A stretch of 64,000 bases of DNA from Octopus vulgaris (GCA_951406725.2 OX597826.1:42966001-43030000), one strand, 5' to 3'. Counted from the first letter of the stretch, positions 1 to 14,177 are shown. Numbers and translations are program-made. The notes: a model not told the origin generated them from the sequence alone.

Positions 1-119
1 CTTTGGTCGGTCTGAAGCTATAGTAGAAGATGCTTGCCCAAGGTGTCACGCAGTGGGACTGAACCCGGAACCATGTGGTTGGTAAGCAAGCTACTTACCA
101 CACAGCCACTCCTACGCCT
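1..119 (-). mobile_element. SINE family A, 5' part (tRNA-like head), cut by the window edge
   Basis: Reverse complement of the head shared with the full copies (GGAGTGGCTGTGTGGTAAG...GGTTCAGTCCC, A-box and B-box like). Confidence 0.85.
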
Positions 120-139
120 TTTTCGTGAAAAATATTTTA

Positions 140-510
140 TCTTTTACTTTTATCCTTTACTTTGTTTTAGTCACTGGGAGCTCAGCCATGCTGGAACACC
201 ACCTTGATGGGTTTAGTTGGATAAATTGATCCCAGTATTTAATTTTAAGTGTGGCACTAACTCTATTGGACTCTTTTGCTGAACTGCTAGGTTATGGGGA
301 CTACAAACAAACAGTGCACGGAGAGGAACACAAAGCCACACACACACACAATGGGGTTTCACAGAGTTTCCCTCTACCAAATTCACTTTCAAGGCATTGG
401 TTGTCCTGGAACTATAGTAGAAGAGACATATTCAAGGTGCAAAGCAATGAGATTGAACCTGAAACCATGCTGTTGCAAAGTGAGCTTCTCAACCATGTAG
501 CCATGCCTGT
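140..510 (-). mobile_element. Older, diverged SINE family A copy
   Basis: Colinear similarity to 8499-8915 from tail to head, with an internal (CA)n. Confidence 0.75.
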
Positions 511-514
511 TTAA

Positions 515-734
515 CCCTTTAACATTTAAACCGGCCATATCCGGCCCCAATGGTCTACCTGTTTTATGTTCAAACTGGCCAGATCCAGTCTCTCCCACTT
601 ACCCTACAATGTCCTTCTAAAATTAAATGGTTACATTTTCAAAATCTTGAAGCTACAAGATAATACGTGATTAATTTTTTAAAATATAAATACATAAACA
701 TTACATTTGATAAATTAATCTGAATGCTAAAGGG
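515..734. mobile_element. TTAA-flanked piggyBac-type MITE (family P1)
   Basis: TTAA at 511-514 and 735-738; terminal inverted repeats CCCTTTAACATT/AATGCTAAAGGG; related copies near 40320-40565, 51937-52171 and 55762-56370. Confidence 0.8.
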
Positions 735-1364
735 TTAAACATATTTGTTAATAATATATTTCTTCTATGCAACCTCACTATTTTTCCACAGAAAAGAAAA
801 AAAAAGATAAACAAGCAAAAAAAAACAGCATGATTTTTCTGTGCTATTTGGCATCAGTTTAATGAGGTGTATAAAGGAAGGGAAGCTAAATGGAAGACAT
901 GAGTTCAAATGCACTCATCAACACAGGCATAGCTGTGGGGTTAAGAGGTTTGCTTTGCAACCAAGTGGCTTTGGGTTCAGTCCCACTGCACAGTAACTTG
1001 GGCAAGTGTCCAAAGTCTTGTAAGTGAATTTGGAGGACATAACTTGTTGAAAACCTATCATATGTGTGTGTGTGTGTGTATATATTTACATTTTGCACTC
1101 TTCTTATAAAAATTGCTGAGCCACAGATTGTGATGCTGTTGACATTTTCTTGTTAATAAATCATCTAATAGTTCTGCATTTTTGAAAGCAAATGGAATTA
1201 AAAATCCCCCACTTGTTTACACCACAGGAGTAGAACTTATTTTATTTTGCTGGTTTATATTAAATACAAAAGGGGCCATATTCTCCATTAGTTTTGTTTA
1301 GATAACAGGACCTTATCCTTTTGAATAGGTTTGAGATAAAGATAGGGCAAGGCAGAGAGTATCA

Positions 1365-2080
1365 ACCTCTTTCATACCAACCTGATTGAGACCATCCCTG
1401 TTCTATGATACAAATTTCCTGTTGAAACCTTTTTGATATCAACCTGTCCAAGACCACCCTAGTTCTGTGATATAAAAAAAAAAAAATGCACCCTTTTAAA
1501 GCCTAGCCAGGATCGTGGGCCCAGTTTCCCGGTTTCAATGGCGTATGTGTTCCCCAGCTGGATGGGACACCAATCCATTGCAGTGTTACTCATTTTTACC
1601 AGCTGAGTGGACTGGAGCAACGTGAAATGAAGTGTTTTGCTCAAGAACACAACGTGTCGCCCGGTCCAGGAATCGAAACCACAATCTTACGATCATGGTG
1701 CTGACACCCTAGCCACTAAGCCACGCGCCTCCACTCTGTGATATAAACTTGGTTTTAAATTGATTTAAACTAAAACCTCGTATAAAAATTTCATGCTAAT
1801 TTATGTCACCAAAATCAGCTTTATAACGACAGAGTTATTTGACCAAATTCTTCATTATTTAAAAAAAATTGATTGAGACAAAAGCAGTGTATTTTATCAG
1901 AAATGTGGTAACAAAAGAGTGACTGGCCTAAATTAAAACTTCCCACAAACATTTTATGCTAATTTGTTTCAAATACCAGAATGATAGTGACAAAGTTATT
2001 TTATTAAATTCTTGGTTATTTTCAAAATTAACTGAAAGAAAGGTAGTGTATTTTAACGGAAATATGGTAACAAAGGGTTA
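1365..2080. mobile_element. Composite, partly duplicated TTAA-MITE family P2 interrupted by a SINE
   Basis: Similar to the intact copy at 15531-15750; ends AAAGGGTTA. Confidence 0.65.
1477..1734 (-). mobile_element. tRNA-derived CORE-type SINE
   Basis: Head with A box TGGCTTAGTGG and B box TTTCGATTCC on the - strand; MIR/CORE-like segment TTCTTGAGCAAAACACTT; 13-bp TSD TCTGTGATATAAA at 1464-1476 and 1735-1747. Confidence 0.85.
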
Positions 2081-3199
2081 TTGAGTGCATTATGGTATAA
2101 ACACATGAATACACACAGAAACAGGTAGTCAATAATAGTGTATGAGGAGGGTGAGATTTGCTGCTATTTCTAGCAAACTGAATAACCACATAATTGTTTA
2201 AATCCAGGTAAGCACAGGGCTAGTAGACCTATGATCAAAGAATTCCAGCCTTGAGTATTCCATCTTTCTGAATGTATATCAGAGACTACATTGTTCAAAG
2301 TCTTTATTTAAGACAATGGTTTGTAATTCGAGGGAAATTTAGTTGCTATTTCTAGCAGGGTGAGTATACATTATAATCACAATCCTCATTATAAATTTCT
2401 TCATTTTCAAGACAATTGCAATTATCTTTTATGCTAGACACTGTCTAGATGATATAACTGAAATGGAAAGATTAATTAATTCTATCTAATGATATATATT
2501 TATTCTTGCTTTAAAATTTGTTTTCATAGACTCGTTAATCCACTGATTATGGTTCATGTGTGTGAAAACATATCTAACTCTGAGAACTAAGATCTAACTC
2601 AACTATTTACAGCCTTATGTTTTTCTGTCCTAGACATCTACTTCAATTTTCCGGCATGAATAGACACAATGTGTGTGTATTTTGGTCATAATATTTAAGG
2701 CTAGTAGAAGGAAATGTTATTCAGGTAATTTACGCACAGGTATAGAAAGTCATCAAATTTTGCAAGGAAATTAAACAAGATAGAATGAAATAAAATATTT
2801 ACATTACTACATTTAAGAATTTGCTAGTAACTTGTTAAATGTAATAAATATTTTATTTTATTTCATCTCATTCGAACATGTGAAGACTTTTTGTACCTGT
2901 TTATCAATAGATTAAGGAATTCCTTAATTTCTTCTACTACAACCACCAACATACTATTCTGCAATGTTTTCTGAATGGCCTGCTTGATTTCATGAGGAAA
3001 ATAACGTCCATTCAAATTTTGTTTGTCTTGTTTCACTGTCATTTGTTCACACACACAATCTCTCTCTCTCACTCAAAAACGTTGGGGGAAGCTGGTATTG
3101 AAGGGAATAATTATTAAACACCTGACCAACCTCTCTTATTTAATGCCTGTTACATATGCGGGTACCCTCTTTGTTTTTTTTTTCAGTGTGAGCTTGAAT

Positions 3200-3279
3200 A
3201 TAAATTAGCACCTGTGGCCCGCTTGATGATGAACCATGTCTCATGTGGCCCGCTTCTTGAAAGAGGTAGCCCATGCCTG
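3200..3279. mobile_element. hAT-type transposon right end
   Basis: Two TGTGGCCCGC subterminal motifs followed by a TIR-like end GGTAGCCCATGCCTG. Confidence 0.55.
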
Positions 3280-3286
3280 TTCTAAG

Positions 3287-3368
3287 CAGTGAGAGACAAA
3301 TACAAATACAAAGATTCACACAAACACAGTGAGAGACAAATACAAATACAAAGATTCACACAAACACA
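3287..3368. repeat. Perfect 40-bp tandem duplication
   Basis: CAGTGAGAGACAAATACAAATACAAAGATTCACACAAACA occurs twice in tandem. Confidence 0.9.
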
Positions 3369-4405
3369 CAGACTCGTATATAAATGCAGACAGTCACACA
3401 TATAAATACATACACACACAAACACACAGAATGGGATTCTATAGTCACTAACTACCAAACTTATAAAATATTGGTTAGCCCAGGGCTATACTAGAAGACT
3501 GTTACACAAGATGCTACAACTGTAGAACTTAAAACCAAAAACCTCATAGTTACAATGTGAATTTCTTAAATCACAGATATGCCAAAATCTATCCTGTACA
3601 CTTTATTTTTTGTTTTTCAAATTTCTAAATTTTGATAAGAATTCATTCAAAACTGTTGAAGACTTAAAGACAAGACATGACAATAAAACCAAAAAGATGA
3701 ACCATTTTTTTTTTTTTTCATATCAATTTTATGATCCGTAGAGATTGCATGAGAAAGGGAATGGAAGTAGTGGTGTTTATATTATTTTAGTATTTCACCT
3801 TCTGGCTAGTTATTTTACTCTGAAATTTATTTTCTCCTCATACACCATGGCTTCAATAACAAGCTATCTGTTTTAATAGCATTTAGGAAGTGACCAATGA
3901 AAACAGAGAAAAGACTTTCTTTTAACCTGGCAAAATATCATATATAATCAAAATTTCATCGTTACTGACAGATAGCTCTCCTCTGCCTTCCTCACTCCAC
4001 ATCCTTCTAATAACATGAACATTAATAATTCAAAAATATTGTTCGACTTTGATGCAAAAATTTACAATTTTATTTTAAAAAGATTTAGTTGTCCTGAGGA
4101 CACATAATTCATTAGTAGTGAACATACAGTTACACGTTTAAAAAATTGTTTCTGTTTAAGATATGAGCTATATGCATGTATGTATGTGTGTGTATATATA
4201 TGAGAGAGAGAGAGAGAAAGAAAGAGAGAGAGAGTGGAAAGCATACATATACATGTGTGCAGATAGATGAATAGTCAACTCTTTGTCAGAGACAATATAC
4301 TATACACACAACCTGCTCCCATATATATGTACGTATGTGTATATACATATGTGCGTGTGTATGTGTGTATATATATATATGTATGTATGTATGTGTATAA
4401 ACATA

Positions 4406-4443
<38 letters not shown>

Positions 4444-4784
4444 CATACATACACATATATATCAACCCCGAAAGGATGAAAGGCGAAGTCAACCTCATAT
4501 ATATATATGAAAGCTACCAATTGAAACTTAAACTCTCACCCAAAACAAATTTTATAATAAAATGGACTCCAACCTTTAGTAACTAGCATTTTATATTACA
4601 CCTCAGTGAATCAGTGATAGTTTAATATAAAACAAACTGCAAATCTACCGCAATATACAATATCTTCCTAACACAATAATATAAACCTTTGTATCTACCT
4701 TAATATAAATGTCTGCCTAATATAAATAATAATACTGTATAGATTCAAGTCTGCCTAATATCTAAGTCTACCTTATTATTGATT

Positions 4785-5315
4785 TGCAAATTTTGGCACA
4801 AGGCCAGCAATTTCGATTACATTAACTCCAGTGCTCAAATGTTACTTGCTTTACGAACCATGAAAATATGAAAGGCAAAGTCAACCTTGGTGGAATTTAA
4901 ACTCAGAACATAAAGACGCTAAGCATTTTGCCTAATATGCTCAGACTTGTCCCCTTAGTCTAATGTTGGTTTTAAATTTTTGGCACAAGGCCAGCAATTT
5001 TGAGGTAGGGGTTAAGTTGATTACATTGATCCCAGCATTCAACTGGTACTTATTTTATCAATCCCAAAGATAAAAGGTAAAGTGGACATCGGCAGAATTT
5101 GAACTCAGAACTTAAAAGATGGGTGAAATGCCACTAAGCATTTTGCCCAGTGTGCTAACAATTCTGCCAGCTCACCATCTTAGTTTACCTTAATATTCTT
5201 TCCTATTCTAGGCACAAGGCTCGAAATTTAGATCGACCCCAGTACACAACTAGTACAAAATTTATCAACCCCAAAAGGATGAAAGGCTAAGTCGACCTCA
5301 GCAGAATTTGAACTT
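4785..5315 (-). mobile_element. Cluster of three SINE family B copies
   Basis: Repeated motifs GGCACAAGGCC, CTGGTACTTATTTTATC, GATGAAAGG..AAGTCGACC and GAATTTGAACTCAGAA (B box on the - strand). Confidence 0.8.
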
Positions 5316-6039
5316 ATTATTAAATGTACTTTTGTGTTGATATATAGACTAAGCTGGGATATTGGTAGAATTATTGGAACATCAAATGCAGTGTTCTTTT
5401 TATTTTGGGATGTGGGTTTCAAATCTTACCGAGGACATCATTGCCTTTCAACCTTTCAAGATTGATAAAGTACCAATCCAATATTGAGGTTGATTCAGTG
5501 TCTTTTTCTCACTATTTGTCTGTCTCTCAGTCTGTCTGTCTTTCTCTGTTTAACTATCCTGTCAGCTTGTCTGTTTTTCTATATCTATCAGTTTGTCCAT
5601 TTTTTCCATGCCAGCATGGGTTAGAGTAATACATATTATCACGGCTGTAAAATAACATATCAGTAGCATATATCCTACTAACCCACAAGGAAACAAATAC
5701 AAATGAACAGTAAAAATGCTCCTTGTCCACAACAGTAACATTTGTAATATCAAACTATATACCTTCTTGTCCACAAACAGTAATATTCAAATATATATAT
5801 ATAGAAAAAAAAGATCTATAGGTAAAATTATAAAGAACAAAGGACGGAAAAAAAAACAGCAGTGTGTTATAAAGAAATGTTTGTTAAACGAAGCATGTCA
5901 AACATCTTCAGGTTAATAGACAATACATGCCAGACATCAAAACGAGGAACTGCACAATTGAAATTTCACTCAAGTTGATGGTGTTTTTAACAAATTACAA
6001 TGAAAAGATTGTGAAACAAATACAAATAAGAAAAAAGGC

Positions 6040-6535
6040 TATAAGAATGAGAGAAATGTTTATAGAAAGGTAGAATGGTAGTAATATGATAGGAAACTGT
6101 TCTGAGAGAGAGAATGATAGGTAGAGAAGGATAGAGAGATGGAAATAGAAAGATAGAGATAGAGACACAGATATAGGGAGAGAAAGGGGATGAAGAAAGA
6201 GGAGGAAGGAGAAAGGGAGGGAAGGAAGGAAAGATGAAGGGAGGGAGAAGGAATATGAAGGAACAGGAGGGGAAAGAAAGAGAGGAGGGAGAGAGAAAGA
6301 GAAGGGTAGATAGAGATGGATAGAGAAATAGAGATAGAGAGACAGATAGAGGGAAACAGAGAGGGAAGAAGAGGAGGAGAGGGAGAGAAAGAGAAAAAAA
6401 GAGAGGGATTGAGAAGGGACAGGAGGGAAGAATGGACAGGAAAGAAGAGAAAGGAAGGGGGAGAGAAAAGAGAGAAGCGGAAGGATAGAGACAGAGAGGA
6501 AGAGACAGAGAAGAGAGCAAGGTAGGGAGAGAGGA
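6040..6535. repeat. Purine-rich (GA/GGA/GAT) low-complexity tract
   Basis: About 500 bp that is almost entirely A/G on the + strand. Confidence 0.9.
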
Positions 6536-6931
6536 CCAAACAAGTGATATTCCTCAATTCCTCACTCCCCACCCACATTCCCCTCCCTGCCACAAAAGAA
6601 TTTCTGCTTAATGGAGTGCTATAAAACAATTTATGGTCTTATTTTTATCTGCAGTGATATTATTGTATTTCAGTTTCTTTGATAAAGCCAACTCCAACTT
6701 TGAATCATTAAACAAATAATATCATATCATACATATGTGCTTTCGTCAGTGTGGTGGTTGTTGTTGGTGTTGTTATCCTCATCACTGATAAACTGGTATT
6801 GATTTCGAGAGACAGTTGAGAATATTTTGCAAAAAGATCTTGTGTCATTGTTAAGAAATAATGGCCAAATGCTTACACAGTAAAACTTTGAATTGCACAC
6901 ACGAATATGTGTGTGGATATATGTATGTATG

Positions 6932-6967
<36 letters not shown>

Positions 6968-6971
<4 letters not shown>

Positions 6972-7301
6972 GTAAAATGCTCCTTGTAAAATGCTCTAAT
7001 ATATATATATATATATATATATATGATGTAAAATGCTGTAATATATATGTATATATATATAATGTAAAATGCTCTAATATATATATATATATATATATAT
7101 GATGTAAAATGCTGTAATATATATGTATATATATATAATGTAAAATGCTCTAATATATATATATATATGATGTAAAATGCTGTAATATATATGTATATAT
7201 ATATAATGTAAAATGCTGTAATATATATATATATATATATATATATAATGTAAAATGCTCTAATATATATATATATATATATATATATGTAAAATGCTCT
7301 A

Positions 7302-7347
<46 letters not shown>

Positions 7348-7351
7348 AATG

Positions 7352-7388
<37 letters not shown>

Positions 7389-7394
7389 AAATGC

Positions 7395-7435
<41 letters not shown>

Positions 7436-7444
7436 GTAAAATGC

Positions 7445-7489
<45 letters not shown>

Positions 7490-7498
7490 GTAAAATGC

Positions 7499-7535
<37 letters not shown>
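6968..7535. repeat. Minisatellite: ATGTAAAATGCTCTA motif alternating with variable (AT)n
   Basis: More than 12 copies of GTAAAATGCT(C/G)TA separated by AT runs of differing length. Confidence 0.95.
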
Positions 7536-7538
<3 letters not shown>

Positions 7539-8419
7539 AAGAAAGAATATATATGTGTGTGTGTGTGTGCGCACGCATATGTTAGTATGTATGAATATAT
7601 ATATTAATTATATATATGTGCATATGTATATATATTCATGTGCGTGTGTGTATATATATATGCTTATTTGATGTAGAAATCTTCAGAGCACATCAATGGT
7701 AAAATCAATTTAGTAAAAAAAGGCGAAAGAACTTAGCTGTTACATACAAGATAAAATGCAAACAGTTTAATGAATTGTGCATAACTAAGATAGTGGATGT
7801 TAACGAACAAGTGAAAAGTGAGAGCTTTGGTCATATGAAACTCTCGTAGAGTCTGGACTGTTTCAATTGTGTATTCCAGCAATTCTTTGAAACCATAAGA
7901 GAAATGTCTTGTCTTGTAGACACTTTACTTAACTCTTGTTTTCCTTTTTAGTTTCTTTCTTTCTTTCTTTTTTTTTTTGTATTAGGAATGTTATATTTTA
8001 TTTGTGTTTAAGATGCCTATGACTTGAAATGGACTTAGCTGGCTTCAATATCTTTCAGACACGAAACTATATGTACTGTTTAGTCACTTGAGAACACTTG
8101 GTAGGTTTACCATATCGTTGTTATGTCTGGTAAAAGTTGGCCTTTAATTACATGGTGGATGGTTACTGAAAGTCTACGATTGATTTTGATCTATAATGAA
8201 GGTAAAAGGCTAAGAGAAATATATATTAAGCTGATAATTAAAGTGTCTTTCTGTGATGGAGTTAACATATGTGTGTGTGTGGAACAAATAGCTCTGGAAA
8301 TGGTATTGTTACTATTCCTAATATTTTGGAAGTGTGCAGTGAGAGTTGCTAAACTTGCAGCAAACTAAGCATTTCTGTTCATAAAAATTAGAATTCAAGA
8401 AAAATACAACAGTTTAGAA

Positions 8420-9076
8420 TAGTGGTTCTCAACTGGGGTCCATATAAAATTTTGCTGTTAAAATTTATCTGCAATAAAGTAGTTAGACTTTTACATAACT
8501 CTTTTACTGGTTTCAGTCATTTGACTGTGGTCATGCTGGAGCACTGCCTTTAGTCGACCTAATCGACCCCCAGGACTTATTCTCTGTAAGCCTAGTAATT
8601 ATTCTATCGGTCTCTTTTGCCGAACTGCTAAGTTACGGGGGCATAAACACACCAGCATCGGTTGTCAAGCGATGTTGGGGGGGAGAAGCACAGACACACA
8701 AACATGTACACGCATGTACACACACATACACACACATATATATTATATATATGATGGGCTTCTTTCAGTTTCCGTCTACCAAATCCACTCACAAGGCTTT
8801 GGTCGGCCCGAGGCTATAGTAGAAGACACTTGCCCAAGGTGCCACGCAGTGGGACTGAACCCGGAACCATGTGGTTGGTGAGCAAGCTACTTACCACACA
8901 GCCACTCCTACGCCTATATTACACAAAATATTTTAGCAATTTTTGTTTTATGCTGTTCCTAATAATATTTAATTCTAAAAATAGGATTTTAAAAAAATTG
9001 AATAACTATGAATGTCCACCTGAGTTAAATAGGAATCAAAGAGATCCATAGGTAAAAAAATAGTTGGAAAACAATG
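8420..9076. mobile_element. hAT/Charlie-type MITE with a nested SINE
   Basis: TIR-like ends TAGTGGTTCTCAACT and AGTTGGAAAACAATG; 8-bp TSD GTTTAGAA/GTTTAGAC; uninterrupted relative at 52431-52668. Confidence 0.7.
8499..8915 (-). mobile_element. SINE family A, full length, young
   Basis: tRNA-like head, internal (CA/TA)n and (GTAAAAGA)-type tail; high identity to the other full copies. Confidence 0.9.
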
Positions 9077-12000
9077 GTTTAGACTATGAATGAATTTCAG
9101 TAAATCCAAGATTGAGACTAGTGATAATAAACTTATAAATTTAATAAGCAATGCATCTATGTGTTTGGGGGTAGAAGGTAAACTGATATTGTGTGCTTCA
9201 ATTTGGATATAAATCATCTTTTAATGTCTACCTTCAGTACTGGTATAGGTTCGACAATCTGATAGGATGCGATGGGCCTGAAGTGTAATGTGTTCCAATG
9301 TTTGTTTTGGCATGGTTTCTATCACCGGATGCCCTTCATATTGCCAAACAATTCAGAGTGTACTAGGTACTTTTTTTTTATAGCACCATCACTAGTGAGT
9401 CCACTTATGCAGTTTGCATGACTAAGATCTTTGACTGAGTGGGGTTACAGAAGAGGAGGGTAGCTTTTGGCTTTAAAGTAGAAAGAAGAGGCAAAAGTAG
9501 AACAGGTTTCCTCAGGAGAGGAGCTACAAGGTTATAGAAGAGTAGGGTGTGAGTAACTGGGGTGGAGCTAGAGAGAGAGAGAGAGAGAGAGAGAGAAAGT
9601 GGTGATGAAGTATCAAGGTGGAACTTGAAGGTACAAGATGGTGTATAGAAACGATGATTAAAATCTGATAATTGAAATGCTGTACTTCTATATGATAACG
9701 AACATACCAAAATACTTTAACAGAAGTAGCTACTCCAATCAGTACATACTGTATGTGTATGATCATCAAAGAAGTGGCTTGGCAGAATTTTTTAGAATAT
9801 CAGGCAAAAAGCCTGTGATAATTAGTTACAGCTCCAAACATTCCGTGTTAAATCTCACCAAAGCTAAATTTGTCTTTTATCCTTCCAGTGTTGATGAAAT
9901 AAAATACCAGTCATATGTTGGGGGTTGTTTTAATATTTCTATAAAGTATCTTAGACTGTGATAACAGAAAACACAATACTGTGTTATGTCTGTGTTTTGT
10001 TTATCTTCCCAATGCTGGTATTGGTTGCAAAGTCCTGTTCCAGCAGAGTGTCTTACCATTTGCTGTGACTCTTCAACATCTGGCATTATTTGTTTGCAAG
10101 ATAGGTAATCATTAATAGCCTTCCTTAAATTATACCTTATCTTTTTCAACATATTGGGGGCTATCTGGTTGCATAAAAACCATATAGCTATCTGTCCACA
10201 CACACACACACACACACAATATTAATGTTTATTTTTGTGTCAAGTTGTGTATAAAAACAAATTAACACAAAACTGAAGAATTCATCATCGTCGTTGTTTA
10301 ATGTCAGTCTCCCATGCTAGCAATTACTCATTACTTTTTAGTAGAGTACACGATTATTAAACTTCTACAAGAAGCTTTCATCAGACTACATAGATATAAG
10401 TGTGTGAACACACACACACACACACACACTTTTATAGTCATCTTTTAATTCATTTGTGCTAGTATGGGTGAGATACTTTCAACAATGCAAATTTATTTAT
10501 TTGCATATTATTGGCGCAATCTGTTTTTACACTTGGATAACTTCCTTACTGCTAATAACGGTAAGGAACAGATGCATCTTATTATCCAGATGCACAACAC
10601 AATAATGGTAACCTCAAGTTTTGAACACATGACTATGTCGCCAGTGCTTCAGTAAAGGCAGCAACAGAAGCAACATCTTCTGATCTGTGCCTAAATATTG
10701 AACATCAGGTTTCCATGCTTCGATGCCATTTCTGATGAACACATGTAGCTAGATAAATCAATAGTAAAAACGGCCATACTTCAAACAGCATGGCATGTGC
10801 CTCATGTTAATGGAATAATTCAAACAGACATCATGTGAACATGGAATGTCTGTCTAACATCGTTGATGGTTCCAGGCAGACACTAACTTTTACTTGAAGT
10901 ATTTCAATACCAAAACTATTTAAAACATTATAAAGCATTTCAAGGCTGTCATGTTGAATAAATGCTACGACTGCTAAAACAACAAGTTGGATGTGCAATA
11001 TTCATGATGATGTTGTTAATCACCATAAAACGAAAATATATAATAGATGAGAAGGAAATTTTGTGGCAAGCAGAAAAGAAAATGGTTGAAACACAAATAC
11101 AGTTATTTATTAAATGATTCCCCAATGCTAGCATTTAATTATTCATTTCTTATATTGAGACATAGCTGTGTGGCTAAGAACTTCTTTGCAAGGCATGTCG
11201 TTCTAGGTTTAGTTCTACAGTATGTTACTATGGGGGCAAGTGTTTCCTAGTAGAGCCAGGGGTTGATTAATATCTTGTAAGTGCAATTTGGTAGATGGAG
11301 GATGTGCAGAGGCCTGTTCTCTCTCTCTCTCTCTTTCTCTCTGTATATGTGGTTAAGAAGTTTACTTCTTCCCAGTCACATGGTTCCAGTCCCCACTTCA
11401 TGGTAGCTACAATAACCCTGGGCTGATCAAAACCTTGTGAGTGGATTAAGTCAGTTGAAATAGAAAGAACAACAAGCATATGTGCGCATGTGTCATTAAA
11501 TCTCCTTGTCTTGACATTGCATGATAGTTGTAAATGAGTGTCACTGTCACACAAGCAGTATCACTCTTGAAGCATTTTACTGAAGACTGTAATAATAGCA
11601 GCATCATTTCAAAACTTTCAAACCATGTGCCAGACTTTGGTAAAATTTGAGAAAAACAATAAAATAGTAATATATCATTAGGTTTTATTCATTCAAATTA
11701 TAATCTCTTTAAAAAAAGAAATAGTCAAAGAATATATTGCAGAATTGTTGCCATATTTATTAGCTCTAAAATGGTAAAGTGACACACGTAGAATGACTGG
11801 CTATGATCAATAATAATAAATGAGAAATACGCAGTAACAACGGACGGAAGTTATTTTGTTCTACAGCTTTAAGGAAATTTGCTTTTCAGTTTGGTGCGGC
11901 TGTTTTGTCTTCCTTCTGCCAATAGAATTTGGACACGCTTAGAAAATGGTGGTGATGGTGGTGGTGGTTTAGAGTGGAATGTAGCTTCAGTGTTTTCATT

Positions 12001-12117
12001 TGATACAATGTCCAAATCGAAATTAAAAAAATGCAAAGGAAAAATCAAAAACAAAACAAAACAAGAAACAAAAAGAAAAAGAAAAAAATGTTCTTTGTTG
12101 TTAAATTAACTACTGTC

Positions 12118-12455
12118 TTTCTTTTATCTTTTACTTGCTTCAGTCATTGGACTACAGCCATTCTGGAGCACTGCCTTGAAGGGTTTTAGTAGAACAAGTT
12201 AACTCAGGCATTTATTATTTTTATGTAAGATACTTATTCTATTGCACTCTTTTGCCAAACTGCTATGTTATGGGGATGTGATACCAGTTGTCAAATGTCA
12301 CACACACAAACATGATGGGCTTCACACAGTTTCTATCTACTTAATTCACTTTGATGGCATTGGTTGGCCCTGAACTCTAGCAGAAGACTTGCCTAAGTGG
12401 GATTGAACCTAAAACCATGTGGTTGCAAAGTGACCTTACAGCCATACCTGTACCT
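12118..12455 (-). mobile_element. Older SINE family A copy
   Basis: Colinear but diverged match to family A. Confidence 0.75.
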
Positions 12456-13174
12456 ATGTCCAAATATAATTGCTTTTAATTCAAGTACAAGGCCATCAAT
12501 TTTGACAGGCAAGAGATTTGAGAGGATTAGTCCATTGCATCAACTCTAGTACTTGATTGGTACTTTATTCAATCCAGGATGAAAGGATGACAGGCAAAGT
12601 TGATTTAAGCAGGATTTGAACTCAGAATGTAGAGAGTTGGAATGAACGCTGTAGGGCATTTTTTCTTTCCTGATTCTTTAATGATTCTGATCCTGAACAT
12701 AATAATGACTTTGTAGAATACAGAAAATAACAAGAGAAATCAGTAAATTAAGGGATAGCTGTAGTAAAGTAGAAAACAAAAACATGGCATGACAAACAGG
12801 ATTGTATGAATGGTTGAGGCAAAGAAGAATTACAAGTTAAAAAAGATTACAATGAAATGAAATAGAAAGGAATTATGTGGAATGGAGGTAAAGATGGGGA
12901 AGAAAAATAGAAAACAAATGAGAAAGAAAAGAGAGAACCAAGATATATTACTTAAAAATGATCAGAGTAAGAAAGAGGAGGAAAAAGATATGCACCATGC
13001 GTTAGGATTTTGTTTTTAGTTTTAATTACGATAATTCTTTAGAAAGTCAGTCAGTCTCCTCTCCTTTTACACAGAGACTGAGATAACATTTTTTATATTA
13101 AAAATTAAGAAAATAGAAAACTGTGAAAAGAGAATTTATTCAAGCAAAATTTTCCAAGATATAAATTACACAAT

Positions 13175-13587
13175 GGTGCAGGAGTGGCTGTGTGGTAAGT
13201 AGCTTGCTTACCAACCACATGGTTCCGGGTTCAGTCCCACTGCGTGGCACCTTGGGCAAGTGTCTTCTACTATAGCCTCGAGCTGACCAAAGACCAAAGC
13301 CTTGTGAGTGGATTTGGTAGACGGAAACTGAAAGAAGCCCGTCGTATATATGTATATGTATATATATGTGTGTGTTTGTGTCTCTGTGTTTGTCCCCCCC
13401 AACATCGCTTGACAACCGGTGCTGGTGCGTTTACGTCCCTGTAACTTAGTGGTTCGGCAAAAGAGACCGATAGAATAAATACTAGGCTTACAAAGAATAA
13501 GTCCTGGGGTCGATTTTGCTCGACTAAAGGCGGTGCTCCAGTATGGCCACAGTCAAATGACTGAAACATGTAAAAGAGTAAAAAGAG
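13175..13587 (+). mobile_element. SINE family A, full length
   Basis: A box TGGCTGTGTGG, B box GGTTCAGTCCC, internal microsatellite, tail GTAAAAGAGTAAAAAGAG. Confidence 0.9.
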
Positions 13588-13865
13588 AAAGAGAGAATGT
13601 ACAAAATGGGTTGAAAATGTCTTTGAGAATCTTTACAAAAGCCCGAAGGAGAATGCAAGGTAGAAAAAGGGAAAGCTTGTTATTGTTAGTTAAAGGTAAA
13701 ATTAAAAAAAAATTGCTTAATAAATAGCAGTGCTCCAGTATGGTGACAGCCAAATGACTGGAACTCCAAAGAGATTAACAGATTTTCTTGGAGCTTCTTT
13801 AAGAAGAAAATGTGGACACAAGTATTTATTCTTTTTATAAACCCAACAGCAAGACATATAATCAT

Positions 13866-14034
13866 CAGGGTCACCTCAGTAGTATAAGAGGACCCCAGGC
13901 AAATAAATGCACTGGACCCTATAGTACATATTTATAGACAACAAGTCACAATGTACATAGATCAGTTTTGGGCCCCAAGACCTGTGAAGACCCTGGACAA
14001 GTACCCAGTGTGCCCATGCGTTAAGATGGTGCTG
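13866..14034. mobile_element. Probable hAT (Tip100-like) MITE
   Basis: CAG...CTG imperfect TIRs and internal GGGCCCC/GGACCC motifs; no clear TSD. Confidence 0.5.
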
Positions 14035-14177
14035 CATGTAATGTAAAGAAATGTTCGTCATGAAATTCACAACTAACATTCTCCACTCTTTAAACACCTT
14101 ACGCCCCCAACACCTTGGACCAAACGAAATTTTAATCTGCCTCTTCCATTATTTTTATTATTGTTATGGTTATTACT

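Noticed and set aside
5987-6629. 177-189-aa S/L/F/P-rich ORFs
   Set aside because: Translations of a polypurine/polypyrimidine tract
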